Position numbers and translations under genes: made by a program
DNA from: Eubacteriales bacterium
Lineage (GTDB): Bacteria > Bacillota > Clostridia > Oscillospirales > CAG-272
Direction: 5' to 3'
Assembly: GCA_045534215.1 (NCBI GenBank)
Contig: JAZSJG010000008.1
Location: 874-64,873, forward strand
DNA: 64,000 bases
Shown here: positions 10,144 to 19,201 of the stretch, in pieces
How the letters are laid out: the number at the start of each line of letters is the position of its first letter
Position numbering within the stretch: position 1 is the stretch's first letter
The notes under the pieces: generated by a model
Seen by the model: the letters and a program-made list of their open reading frames with translations, nothing else
What the model was told of the DNA's origin: nothing
Databases searched by the model: none

Positions 10144-11841
10144 ATGAATAATGAAAAAACACTTACACGCCCCGTCTGCTATGCCGATTTTGGCGCTGTG
10201 GGAGACGGAGTTGAAAATGACTTCGAGGCACTCATGAATGCCCACGATTATGCCAACGAACATAATCTTCCGGTTGTTGGAGAAGCGGGAAAATCATACC
10301 GAATTACGACAACCGAAAAGGATGGAATAGCGCGCCAGATAGTCATAAAGACTCCTACAGACTGGAACGAAGCCACCATCATAATTGACGACACGGATAT
10401 TGCTCACGCGGAGGGCAAGAACAGAGATTTCAATTCCCCTGTTTTCAAAATATTACCTTATGAGGAATCATTTGAGCTTTCACAAGAGGAAATAGCGAAG
10501 CTACCCAAAATCGGAATATCCACCAAAAAAATTGACCTTGGTCTCGGATATCCCGCAATGATAGTTCTTTACAATGACGATGTCCGTCATTACATAAGAT
10601 TTGGCCCTAACGCGAATTTGGGAAACCCTCAGCATGAGCTGGTTGTGCTTGACAAGGACGGTAACGTTGACCCCACAACACCTCTTATGTACGACTACGA
10701 CAAGATAACAAAGGTTGAGGTTATCAAAATAGATTTACCTAAGATTGTAATTAAAAATGCAACCTTTATAACCCGTGCAAGCCAAATAGACACCGTAAAA
10801 CATCTTCCCGACGGTACGGTTAAAAATTTGAACAAATCATATTTCCTTCGTAACCTTATCATTTCCCGCTCCAACACTACAATAAAAAATATCAAGCATT
10901 ACATTACCGGTGAAATTTCTGTTGAAGACCAGGCAAAAGGCGTATACGGTCCTGCTTACAGGGGCTTTTTCAACGCATTGAACGCGAACAACATCTTTAT
11001 CGAAGATTGCATTGTAACCGCTCGCAGATATTATACGCCCGGCACGTATGGCTTCAGCGCAGGACTTACTAATAATATAGTTTTGAAGAACTGCAAGCAG
11101 TCGAATTTCTACAAAAGAGACAGCGAAGGAAATCTTACAAAAATTTTAAGCATGCAGGAAAACCCTCTTACGAAAAAGCTGGAGTATTGGGGTCTTGGAG
11201 GAACAAGCTTCTGCAAAAACATGGTTTACGACAGCTCTGAAATAACCCGTTACGACGCACACCAAGGACTTTGCAACGGAAAAATTATAAACTGCCATGT
11301 TTCCATGATAAACCTTATCGGTACAGGAGATATGCTTATTGAAAACACCCTTATAGAGCTTAAGGATTGCTGTCTTATAAATCTGCGCCGTGATTACGGC
11401 TCTACCTGGCGCGGAAAAATTACCTTTAAGAACTGTAAGGTATTCCCTAATGAAGAGGTAGTTAAGAAGAGCGCAATATATGTATTTGGATTCTGCTACA
11501 CTAACCATAATTTCGGTTACAAGTGCTACTTCCCGAGTGTTGAAATTGACAATCTTGAGCTTCTTAATCCCGAGCTTTTGCCTATAAGACTTTTCTTAAC
11601 GAAGAAACCTGGCATGGCACATGAAACACCTGCTACGGAATACAATATTCACCTCCCCACTCTTTCGGACGGACGCGAGAACTTAAATCCGATAACTCCT
11701 CCCGAAAGCTTTAAGGTTATTAACAACAAAAAGGGACATCCTTATGTTATCGCAGACGTGCCCTTCTTTGAGAATACCGAGCTTGTCGGAATAGAAAAAG
11801 TTGAATCTACCGAAGTACAGACTAAGGACAGAGTTGACTAG
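10144..11841 (+). CDS. Beta-helix family paralog 5: no signal peptide and no N-terminal modules
   Basis: AGGAGG lies 8 nt before the ATG at 10144. The protein starts directly at CYADFGAVGDGVENDFEAL. NCKQSNFYK, EYWGLGG, TRYDAHQG and NLIGTGD are retained. Confidence 0.85.
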   Translation: MNNEKTLTRPVCYADFGAVGDGVENDFEALMNAHDYANEHNLPVVGEAGKSYRITTTEKDGIARQIVIKTPTDWNEATIIIDDTDIAHAEGKNRDFNSPVFKILPYEESFELSQEEIAKLPKIGISTKKIDLGLGYPAMIVLYNDDVRHYIRFGPNANLGNPQHELVVLDKDGNVDPTTPLMYDYDKITKVEVIKIDLPKIVIKNATFITRASQIDTVKHLPDGTVKNLNKSYFLRNLIISRSNTTIKNIKHYITGEISVEDQAKGVYGPAYRGFFNALNANNIFIEDCIVTARRYYTPGTYGFSAGLTNNIVLKNCKQSNFYKRDSEGNLTKILSMQENPLTKKLEYWGLGGTSFCKNMVYDSSEITRYDAHQGLCNGKIINCHVSMINLIGTGDMLIENTLIELKDCCLINLRRDYGSTWRGKITFKNCKVFPNEEVVKKSAIYVFGFCYTNHNFGYKCYFPSVEIDNLELLNPELLPIRLFLTKKPGMAHETPATEYNIHLPTLSDGRENLNPITPPESFKVINNKKGHPYVIADVPFFENTELVGIEKVESTEVQTKDRVD

Positions 11842-11884
11842 ACTGTATTTTTGAGAAAATTTATTTGACAAATTCTATATGCAA

Positions 11885-11934
11885 AAAAGCACTTACGCGA
11901 AACGGTGTTTACCGCAAGCGCAAGTGCTTTTTTA
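11885..11934 (+). terminator. Rho-independent terminator after the paralog array
   Basis: Long hairpin gcacttacgc...gcgcaagtgc (one mismatch) with inner stem cggt/accg, then TTTTTT at 11928-11933. Confidence 0.65.
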
Positions 11935-11942
11935 TGAATTCT

Positions 11943-11990
11943 AAAAAAATAAAGGCGCACCGATTGGGTGGGTGCGCCTTTTGCTTTCTT
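11943..11990. terminator. Bidirectional terminator
   Basis: Stem aaggcgcacc (11952-11961) pairs with ggtgcgcctt (11971-11980). An A7 run lies upstream and TTTTGCTTT downstream. On the minus strand it sits 36 nt after the stop of the 40-codon ORF. Confidence 0.7.
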
Positions 11991-12015
11991 TCATGTAGAA
12001 AGTATAACTCAAAAA

Positions 12016-12138
12016 CTAAGCATTTGGAATGTTTCCGAAGAATGGAACCAATGGAGTGTCCTTATCGGAACTTTCGCCAATACTGCAGTTAACAGTTTCG
12101 AGCAATACAATCTCACATGTAGGACTTTCATACTGCAT
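12016..12138 (-). CDS. Small 40-aa peptide gene (MQYESPTCEIVLLETVNCSIGESSDKDTPLVPFFGNIPNA), absent from the ORF track
   Basis: GGAGGT (complement of 12146-12151) lies 7 nt before the ATG at 12138. It has its own promoter (12185-12213) and terminator (11952-11980). I translated it codon by codon. Confidence 0.5.
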   Translation of the reverse strand: MQYESPTCEIVLLETVNCSIGESSDKDTPLVPFFGNIPNA

Positions 12139-12184
12139 TCGTATTACCTCCATACAAAGAGAAAGCATAACTGATTGTAATAAT

Positions 12185-12213
12185 ATTCTAACATAATAAT
12201 TTCAAAAAAGCAA
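12185..12213 (-). promoter_or_regulatory. Candidate promoter of the 40-codon ORF
   Basis: Minus strand reads TTGCTT, 17-nt spacer, TGtTAGAAT (extended -10). Confidence 0.45.
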
Positions 12214-12287
12214 CATCTTTTTTATATTTTTTTCAATTTTTTCATTTTTTTATGTAATTTGCGGCTCAAACCAGAAAAATTTCAAGA

Positions 12288-13274
12288 TTATTCTGCTGCT
12301 TTTGAGGTGGAATCAGTCGGCTTTGTCTTTCGTTTTTGTCTTCTCCTATTAGATTTTCTTTTAATAATATTGCTTCGCTCAAGGTTTTTCTTGAATTCTT
12401 CTATTTTAATTTCATCGGCATTTTCAACAGTCCTTCTTGCTCGCCATGTTTCATTGAAATTGCGGTGAAGCTTCAAGCTTATGAAAAATTTCCCATCCTT
12501 TTTACAGTTATAAAGGTAGGTATATCGCTGCCCCTTACTGTGCAAAGGTCTTAGCGAAAGAGTGAGCTTTTCACCGCATATGGGGCAAACGGGAGCTTTT
12601 ACCACCTCATCGTCGAGCAGCTCGGATATTGTAACGTAACCGTCGTCTCCTGCATCCGCGTCGCCTAAAACCGTGTCCGATATTAAAGAGCCGCGTCTTT
12701 CGTTGTAAGTTCTAATTCCCTCTTGAACATTAAGCTTTTCTGCTACGAGCGCAGTAAAATAAGCATCGTTGAGAGCATCGTGTGCAGGAAGTGTTTGAGG
12801 TATTTCAAAATGCTCCATCGCATATTCAAGAGATCTTTGCTTTGTTGAATCATCAGTTTGTCTGTTGAAGATTCTTTGAAGGTCGTAATTGGAATCGAGC
12901 CAGTTAGTGTCAAGTCCATGGACACCGAAATTTTCCTTAAGCATCGGGATATCATCCGGTCCCCAAGTTAAGAAAACAAAATTTTTACCGCACCATTTGC
13001 GAAACTTTTCTATTGCTTCGGGTAATCCGACACCGAGGTCTATCTGATTTTGCGTTATGCCTGTGAGTACCGAAACGTGCTTGTGTATTTTTTTGAAATA
13101 CTTTGGCTTTACTATAACCTGATAAGAGCCGCACGGTCTCATATTCTTGTCAAGCTTTACGGCACCTATTTGTATTACCTCACCGCGCAGGCGACGGCAA
13201 AGGCGCTTCTGAACGGCTATTGCTTTCTCAGCGTACGCCTGATTCCACTCAAGATCAAGAGTTATATAATACAT
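12288..13274 (-). CDS. DEDDh-type 3'-5' exonuclease (DnaQ/KapD/ERI-1-like) with a C-terminal CxxC segment and a basic tail
   Basis: Exo motifs: ITLDLEW (DxE), WGPDDIPML, HDALNDAYF (Hx4D). The C-terminal part carries CPICGEKL...YNCKKDG and ends KRKSNRRRQKRKTKP. Confidence 0.75.
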   Translation of the reverse strand: MYYITLDLEWNQAYAEKAIAVQKRLCRRLRGEVIQIGAVKLDKNMRPCGSYQVIVKPKYFKKIHKHVSVLTGITQNQIDLGVGLPEAIEKFRKWCGKNFVFLTWGPDDIPMLKENFGVHGLDTNWLDSNYDLQRIFNRQTDDSTKQRSLEYAMEHFEIPQTLPAHDALNDAYFTALVAEKLNVQEGIRTYNERRGSLISDTVLGDADAGDDGYVTISELLDDEVVKAPVCPICGEKLTLSLRPLHSKGQRYTYLYNCKKDGKFFISLKLHRNFNETWRARRTVENADEIKIEEFKKNLERSNIIKRKSNRRRQKRKTKPTDSTSKAAE

Positions 13275-13334
13275 TTACAAGTCCTTATTATTACAAGTTC
13301 TTTTTTCAACTATGTTTTTTGACTACATTTATTT

Positions 13335-13363
13335 ATTATAACAAACGCTATAAAAAAAGTCAA
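13335..13363 (-). promoter_or_regulatory. Candidate promoter of the exonuclease gene
   Basis: Minus strand reads TTGACT, 17-nt spacer, TATAAT. Confidence 0.55.
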
Positions 13364-13406
13364 TAGTCTATTGTTTTTGGTAGGACAAAATATTGAAAAA
13401 GCACAA

Positions 13407-13435
13407 TTGACATTTCTTTTTACTTAGTATATAAT
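13407..13435 (+). promoter_or_regulatory. Consensus sigma-A promoter of glnN
   Basis: TTGACA (13407-13412), exactly 17 nt, TATAAT (13430-13435). Confidence 0.65.
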
Positions 13436-13475
13436 ATATCCATAAGTTAAAAAGACAAGAAAGTTGGACACTAAA

Positions 13476-15575
13476 ATGGACAGTAAAGAGAGGATACCCG
13501 AAATATTCGCCACGCAGATTTTCAGCGAGGACGTTATGCGGGAAAGACTGCCTAAAGAGGTTTATAAATCCCTGCTTAACACAATGGCAATGGGCAAAGA
13601 AATAGACCCCGGTATTGCAGACGTCGTAGCAGGTGCGATGAAGGACTGGGCAATAGAGCATGGAGCAACGCACTTCACACATTGGTTCCAACCATTAACA
13701 GGAGTTACTGCCGAAAAGCATGATGCCTTTCTTACTCCTGTCGGCGGTGGAAAGGCTATTATGGAGTTTTCCGGCAAAGAGCTCATAAAAGGCGAACCGG
13801 ACGCTTCATCATTCCCATCGGGCGGCTTACGTGCGACCTTTGAGGCAAGAGGATACACGGCTTGGGATCCCGAATCCTATGCTTTTATTAAGGACGGCTC
13901 TCTTTACATACCTACAGCATTCTGCTCTTATACGGGAGAAGCGCTTGACACAAAGACTCCCCTATTACGTTCTATGGATGCAATAAACACAGAAGGGCTT
14001 CGTATCCTCAAGCTCTTCGGAGATACTCTAACCAAAAGAATTATTCCCACCGTAGGTGCGGAGCAGGAATATTTCCTCATAGATGAAGAGGACTTTAAGG
14101 CAAGGCGCGACCTTTTTTACTGCGGCAGAACTCTTTTCGGTGCTCCCGCGGTTAAAGGACAGGAGCTTGAGGACCATTATTTCGGAATTCTGCGTCCAAG
14201 AGTCAGCGCATTTATGCAAGAGCTTGACAAGGAGCTGTGGAAGTTAGGTATTTCCGCAAAAACGAAGCACAACGAGGCAGCTCCGGCGCAGCACGAATTA
14301 GCGCCTATTTTTGCTAATACCAATATAGCTGTTGACCAAAATCTTCTTACAATGGAGTATATGCGCAAAATCGCTTCAAAATACAAAATGACCTGTCTTC
14401 TTGCGGAAAAGCCATTCCTTGGAGTTAACGGCTCCGGCAAGCATAACAACTGGTCACTTGCAACCGATGGCGGTATGAACCTTTTGAAGCAAGGCAAGAA
14501 TCCTGCAGATAATAAGCTTTTCCTCCTTACTCTTACGGCTGTGATAAAGGCGGTTGACGAATATCAGGATTTGCTTAGAATTTCTTCTGCTACAGCAGGA
14601 AACGACTGCCGTCTTGGCGGAAATGAAGCTCCGCCTGCCATTATTTCGATTTTTCTTGGTGAAGAGCTTGATATGATTGTTGACTCTATTATAGAGGGCT
14701 CGGTTTATTCTAATAAAAACGCAAAATACATGTCGCTCGGCATACCCGCCGTTCCGTCTATACGCAAGGATAATACAGACCGTAACAGAACATCTCCCTT
14801 TGCTTTTACAGGGAATAAATTTGAGTTCAGAATGGTTGGTTCATCTCAAAACATTGCTCTTGCAAATATCGTCTTGAATACAGCTGTTGCCAACTCATTT
14901 AAGGAGTTCGCAGACGAGCTTGAGAATGCTGAGGACTTTGATTCGGCACTTAATGAGCTTCTTAAAAGAACACTTGCAAAGCATAAGCGTATACTCTTCT
15001 CCGGAAACTCTTATTCGGAGGAATGGGAAAAGGAAGCTAAGGAAAGAGGGCTTTGCAATTTCAAAACATCCCCCGAGGCGTTCTCTGAATTTACAAGTGA
15101 TAAAAACGTTGCCCTATTTACAAAATTCGGAGTAATGAGTGAATCCGAAATGCGCTCGCGTCGCGAAATATTCTTTGAGAGCTACCGAAAGATAAAGAAT
15201 ATTGAAGCCAAAACCATGCTCGAGATGACCTCAAGGGACATTCTTCCCGCGGTCAGCGAGTATGTTGCAAAGCTTTCAGATGGAGTTAACGCAAAGCGCG
15301 CAGCTCTTGCGAACGCCCCCCTCTCTTTCGAGCTTGATTTGATTGAAAAGCTTTCAACTCTTATTTCCAGGACCTACGATGCTTATTCCGCACTTGAGCG
15401 CGCCGAAAAAATTGCCGTCGGAAAAAAATGTGTTGAGGAAGCAGCGTTCTACTATAAAGATGTAGTGGAGCAAAAGATGCAGGCGCTTCGCCATCTTGTA
15501 GACTCAATGGAAGTGCTCACCGCACGAGAGTATTGGCCAATGCCTACTTATGGGGACATTATGTTTAGAGTCTAA
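13476..15575 (+). CDS. glnN: Glutamine synthetase, type III
   Basis: About 700 aa. N-terminal [27 protein letters not shown]...[28 protein letters not shown] is characteristic of GSIII. The start may be the ATG at 13476 or the TTG at 13464. Confidence 0.9.
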   Translation: MDSKERIPEIFATQIFSEDVMRERLPKEVYKSLLNTMAMGKEIDPGIADVVAGAMKDWAIEHGATHFTHWFQPLTGVTAEKHDAFLTPVGGGKAIMEFSGKELIKGEPDASSFPSGGLRATFEARGYTAWDPESYAFIKDGSLYIPTAFCSYTGEALDTKTPLLRSMDAINTEGLRILKLFGDTLTKRIIPTVGAEQEYFLIDEEDFKARRDLFYCGRTLFGAPAVKGQELEDHYFGILRPRVSAFMQELDKELWKLGISAKTKHNEAAPAQHELAPIFANTNIAVDQNLLTMEYMRKIASKYKMTCLLAEKPFLGVNGSGKHNNWSLATDGGMNLLKQGKNPADNKLFLLTLTAVIKAVDEYQDLLRISSATAGNDCRLGGNEAPPAIISIFLGEELDMIVDSIIEGSVYSNKNAKYMSLGIPAVPSIRKDNTDRNRTSPFAFTGNKFEFRMVGSSQNIALANIVLNTAVANSFKEFADELENAEDFDSALNELLKRTLAKHKRILFSGNSYSEEWEKEAKERGLCNFKTSPEAFSEFTSDKNVALFTKFGVMSESEMRSRREIFFESYRKIKNIEAKTMLEMTSRDILPAVSEYVAKLSDGVNAKRAALANAPLSFELDLIEKLSTLISRTYDAYSALERAEKIAVGKKCVEEAAFYYKDVVEQKMQALRHLVDSMEVLTAREYWPMPTYGDIMFRV

Positions 15576-15608
15576 ACTTTATCTGACTCATAAAAATATA
15601 AGCTCAGC

Positions 15609-15660
15609 AAAAAGAGTGAATATTACAGTAATCAAACTGTTTTATTCACTCTTTTATTTT
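15609..15660. terminator. Bidirectional terminator between the convergent glnN and ABC exporter genes
   Basis: aaagagtgaata (15611-15622) pairs with tattcactcttt (15643-15654), flanked by A and T runs. Confidence 0.7.
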
Positions 15661-15667
15661 ATAATTT

Positions 15668-17404
15668 TTAACGGACTGCCGCATCCTTAAACTGATAAGA
15701 ATAAAGCTTTTTATATTCGCCGTTGATACTAAGCAGCTGCTCGTGCGTTCCCTTCTCTTTTATACCGTTGGAATCTATTACAACTATTTCGTCGGCATTT
15801 TTAACCGTGGAGAGACGATGTGCAACGACTATTACGGTTCTGCCGTGTGAAAGCTGTTCAAGCGATGCCTGAATTTGCATCTCTGTAGCATTGTCCAACG
15901 CACTTGTCGCCTCATCTAAAATCAAAAGCGACGGATTCTTAAGGAACACTCTTGCTATTGCGACTCTTTGCTTCTGACCGCCTGATAGCTTTACTCCTCT
16001 TTCTCCAACCTCTGTATCGTATCCTTTATCAAGCGTTATAATATAGTCGTGTATATTTGCCTTTTTTGCCGCCTCTATTATTTCCTCATCGGTTGCATCA
16101 AGGTTACCGTAGGCGATATTTTCTCTGACTGTTCCGTCAAAGAGAAACACATTTTGAGAAACCATACCGATATTTTTACGCAAGCTGTGAAGTGTAATAT
16201 CTCTTATATCAACTCCGTCGATAGTTATTCTTCCGGTATCCACGTTGTAAAATCTTGGAACGAGGTTACAAAGAGTACTCTTTCCACCGCCGGAAGGTCC
16301 TACCAATGCAAGCATCTCTCCTGCGCGTATATGAAGGTTTAGGTCTGATATAACGTTTTTCTTTGTATCCGTTTCGGCATCGGAATATCCGAATGTAACG
16401 TTTTCAAATCTTACGTCACCCTTGATTGTTCCAATTTCAATTTTGCCCTCGTCCACCTCTTCATTTTCATTCATTATTTCATGAAACCTAGCAAAACCCG
16501 ACATTCCCTCCTGAAGCTGCTCGAAGAGCGCTATAAAGCGGTTTATGGGGTTTAAGAACATGCTGATATATAAAACGAATGCCGCAAACTCTCCCGCGTC
16601 AATCAATCCGTTTTGCAAAAAAAGACCGCCTGCAAAAATGACTACAAGATAAAGCAAGTCTGTAAGAAACTGCATTATCGCGTGGAAAAATCCAAGAGAG
16701 AACATTGCTTTGCTTCTGAAGTGAGCAAACATCTTATTAGACTCATTGAATTTGCATATTTCATGATGCTCCGCAACATACGCTTTTGCTTCTCTTATAC
16801 CTGTCACAGAATTCTCAACCGCCGAGTTTATAGCCGACATTTGCACTCTTGATGCTTTCATTGCAGACTGCATTTTACGCCTCGACAGAAGTGAAAATAA
16901 AACTATGAACGGAACCGTCGCAAACATTATGAGTGTAAGTGTCAGGTTAATATTTACAAGAATTATAAACGAGCCGATTAACATAAGGACCGAGAGAAAA
17001 ACATTCTCAGGACCGTGGTGTGCCAGCTCGGACACATCAAAAAGGTCGCTTGTAAGTCTTGAAAGCAAATCTCCCGTCTTGTGATTGTCGAAATAGGAAA
17101 ATGGCAGTGACTCATATTTCTTGAAAAGGTCACGTCTCATATCCTTTTGCATTCTTACGCCCACAACGTGACCGTAGTATCCGACAATATAATTGAAAAA
17201 TGCCTTTAATGCGTAAATAACAAGCAAAATCAAGGACCAATATATAAGGCGAGTCGGTGTTGTGTCGTTTACGTACTCATTCATAAGATTCTTAACTATC
17301 GTGGGATAGAAAAGACTTGCCGCAGCAACAATTACCGCAGAAAACATATCGAATATGAAAAGCGGCATATGCGGCTTGTAATAGGAAATAAATCTTTTTA
17401 ACAT
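15668..17404 (-). CDS. ABC transporter, fused permease/ATPase (type I exporter, MsbA/MdlB-like)
   Basis: Six-TM N-terminal half. Walker A GPSGGGKST, signature LSGGQKQR, Walker B LLILDEATSALD. Confidence 0.9.
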   Translation of the reverse strand: MLKRFISYYKPHMPLFIFDMFSAVIVAAASLFYPTIVKNLMNEYVNDTTPTRLIYWSLILLVIYALKAFFNYIVGYYGHVVGVRMQKDMRRDLFKKYESLPFSYFDNHKTGDLLSRLTSDLFDVSELAHHGPENVFLSVLMLIGSFIILVNINLTLTLIMFATVPFIVLFSLLSRRKMQSAMKASRVQMSAINSAVENSVTGIREAKAYVAEHHEICKFNESNKMFAHFRSKAMFSLGFFHAIMQFLTDLLYLVVIFAGGLFLQNGLIDAGEFAAFVLYISMFLNPINRFIALFEQLQEGMSGFARFHEIMNENEEVDEGKIEIGTIKGDVRFENVTFGYSDAETDTKKNVISDLNLHIRAGEMLALVGPSGGGKSTLCNLVPRFYNVDTGRITIDGVDIRDITLHSLRKNIGMVSQNVFLFDGTVRENIAYGNLDATDEEIIEAAKKANIHDYIITLDKGYDTEVGERGVKLSGGQKQRVAIARVFLKNPSLLILDEATSALDNATEMQIQASLEQLSHGRTVIVVAHRLSTVKNADEIVVIDSNGIKEKGTHEQLLSINGEYKKLYSYQFKDAAVR

Positions 17405-17985
17405 ATATAAAACCCGTGTTTGTAAAGAATTTTTCTTGCATCCGAAGAATCTTTTTCCTCGATGCCGGATGATTCTAAGAGCTTTTTTTGAATATCCAAA
17501 AAATCAATTTCTCCCGAATCGCAAAGCTCTGAAATTGCTTCCTCAACTTCGTTTTTACTATATCCCTTTGCCACAAGCTTAGGTATAATTTTAAGAGGAC
17601 CTTGATTTGAAAGTGTGGCAAGATTTACGACCTGGCGCTTTATTTGGCGAATATCGTTTATATATCCTAAGCCGACCATTTGCCTTGCCGTTTCCTTTGC
17701 GACCGATTTATCTATACCACTCCTACAGAGCTTAAGGTATAGCATTTTCTCGCTGTTATCACCGTATGAGAGGATATTAAGTGCCTTTTTTTTAGCACGG
17801 TAGCGCATATCTGCCAAAAAAAGCAATTCCCTCTGCTCTTTCGACAAGGAGTCGCCGCACCTTAATTCACCTGCTCCGCGATAATCCGAGCTGCTTACGC
17901 AGTACTCCTCCTTTTTACCGTCACACAAAAAACCGACTCTGATATATCCGCGTTCCTTTGCATCCCTTAAATAAATTACCTTCAA
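17398..17985 (-). CDS. recX: RecX regulatory protein
   Basis: Lies directly downstream of recA. About 195 aa of helical repeats (ALNILSYGDNSEKMLYLKL, QMVGLGYINDIR, LVAKGYSKNEVEEAISEL). TTG start preceded by agagg. Confidence 0.75.
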   Translation of the reverse strand: MKVIYLRDAKERGYIRVGFLCDGKKEEYCVSSSDYRGAGELRCGDSLSKEQRELLFLADMRYRAKKKALNILSYGDNSEKMLYLKLCRSGIDKSVAKETARQMVGLGYINDIRQIKRQVVNLATLSNQGPLKIIPKLVAKGYSKNEVEEAISELCDSGEIDFLDIQKKLLESSGIEEKDSSDARKILYKHGFYIC

Positions 17986-18045
17986 GTGCGATACCTCTTT
18001 TAATAAGACTTGGCTCGGGAAAACCGAGCCGTGTCAGTATAAGTA

Positions 18046-19137
18046 TTACATATCCTCAAAATCGTTTATCTCGAACTCATCATCGGAAAGAGCATCCTCA
18101 TCGATGGGGTGTGATTTAATTTTTTCGGTAATCATAGCTTCAAGCTTGTCCATAAGCTCCTTTTCCGATTCGATACGTTTTCTTACGTTTTCTTTACCCT
18201 GTCCAAGACGCTCACCCTCAAAATAGAACCACGCGCCACTCTTTTCAACTATTTCAAGCTGAAGAGCCATATCGATTATTTCAGAGGATTTGGATATACC
18301 CGTGCCGTAAAGAATATCAAATTCCGCTGTTTTGAAGGGGGGAGCTACTTTGTTTTTAACGACCTTGCATTTGGTGTGAGAGCCATAAACCTCACTTCCG
18401 TTTTTAAGAACCTCCGCACGACGTACGTCAATTCTTACCGAAGCATAGAATTTAAGAGCACGTCCGCCCGTGGTTACCTCCGGGTTGCCGTACATAACTC
18501 CAACCTTTTCACGAAGCTGGTTTGTAAAGATAACTATGCAGTTAGATTTTGCTATAGAACCGGAGAGCTTACGCATTGCCTGCGACATAAGACGTGCCTG
18601 TACGCCTACATGGGATGCTCCCATATCCCCTTCGATTTCCTGACGGGGAACAAGTGCTGCTACAGAGTCTATAACAATTATATCTATTGCGCCCGAATTA
18701 ACGAGAGTTTCTGCAATTTCGAGTGCCTGTTCACCGCAGTCCGGCTGAGAAACAAGCAGGTTGTTAATGTCTACACCAAGCTTTTTTGCATACACGGGGT
18801 CGAGTGCATGCTCTGCGTCAATAAACGCTGCTTCTCCGCCCTGCTTCTGCACCTCTGCTATAACATGCAAAGCGATAGTTGTTTTACCGGAAGATTCAGG
18901 ACCGTAAATTTCGGTTATTCTACCTCTCGGAATACCGCCGATTCCAAGCGCGAAGTCAAGAGTAAGTGAACCTGTTGAAACAGCCGATACGTTCATCTTA
19001 CTGTTCTCGCCAAGGCGCATTATAGAACCTTTGCCACACTCTCTTTCAATTCTCGCCATTACTGTTTCAAGAGCTGCCTTCTTATCTGCTTGTGCGTTCT
19101 TTTCTGCCGCACTTGCCGCTGTTTTTTTAGTTGCCAT
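18046..19137 (-). CDS. recA: Recombinase RecA
   Basis: [36 protein letters not shown], and a [24 protein letters not shown] loop. AAGGAG RBS lies 7 nt before the ATG at 19137. Confidence 0.97.
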   Translation of the reverse strand: MATKKTAASAAEKNAQADKKAALETVMARIERECGKGSIMRLGENSKMNVSAVSTGSLTLDFALGIGGIPRGRITEIYGPESSGKTTIALHVIAEVQKQGGEAAFIDAEHALDPVYAKKLGVDINNLLVSQPDCGEQALEIAETLVNSGAIDIIVIDSVAALVPRQEIEGDMGASHVGVQARLMSQAMRKLSGSIAKSNCIVIFTNQLREKVGVMYGNPEVTTGGRALKFYASVRIDVRRAEVLKNGSEVYGSHTKCKVVKNKVAPPFKTAEFDILYGTGISKSSEIIDMALQLEIVEKSGAWFYFEGERLGQGKENVRKRIESEKELMDKLEAMITEKIKSHPIDEDALSDDEFEINDFEDM

Positions 19138-19201
19138 TTTCAATCTCCTTTACGTTTTTCTGTCACTATTATACATCGCCATCTGTACGATAAATCGGAC
19201 T

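Noticed and set aside
13366-13392. Possible TnrA/GlnR operator (TGTNAN7TNACA) upstream of glnN, at tgtttttggtaggaca.
   Set aside because: Two of the defined positions do not match, and it lies upstream of the -35 box. That is not enough to call a site without a scoring matrix.
19144-19201. Looked for a LexA (Cheo) box, CGAAC-N4-GTTCG, upstream of recA.
   Set aside because: No GAAC-N4-GTTC-like palindrome occurs in the 58-nt gap or the adjacent galK 3' end. Only a TATAAT-like -10 box was found.
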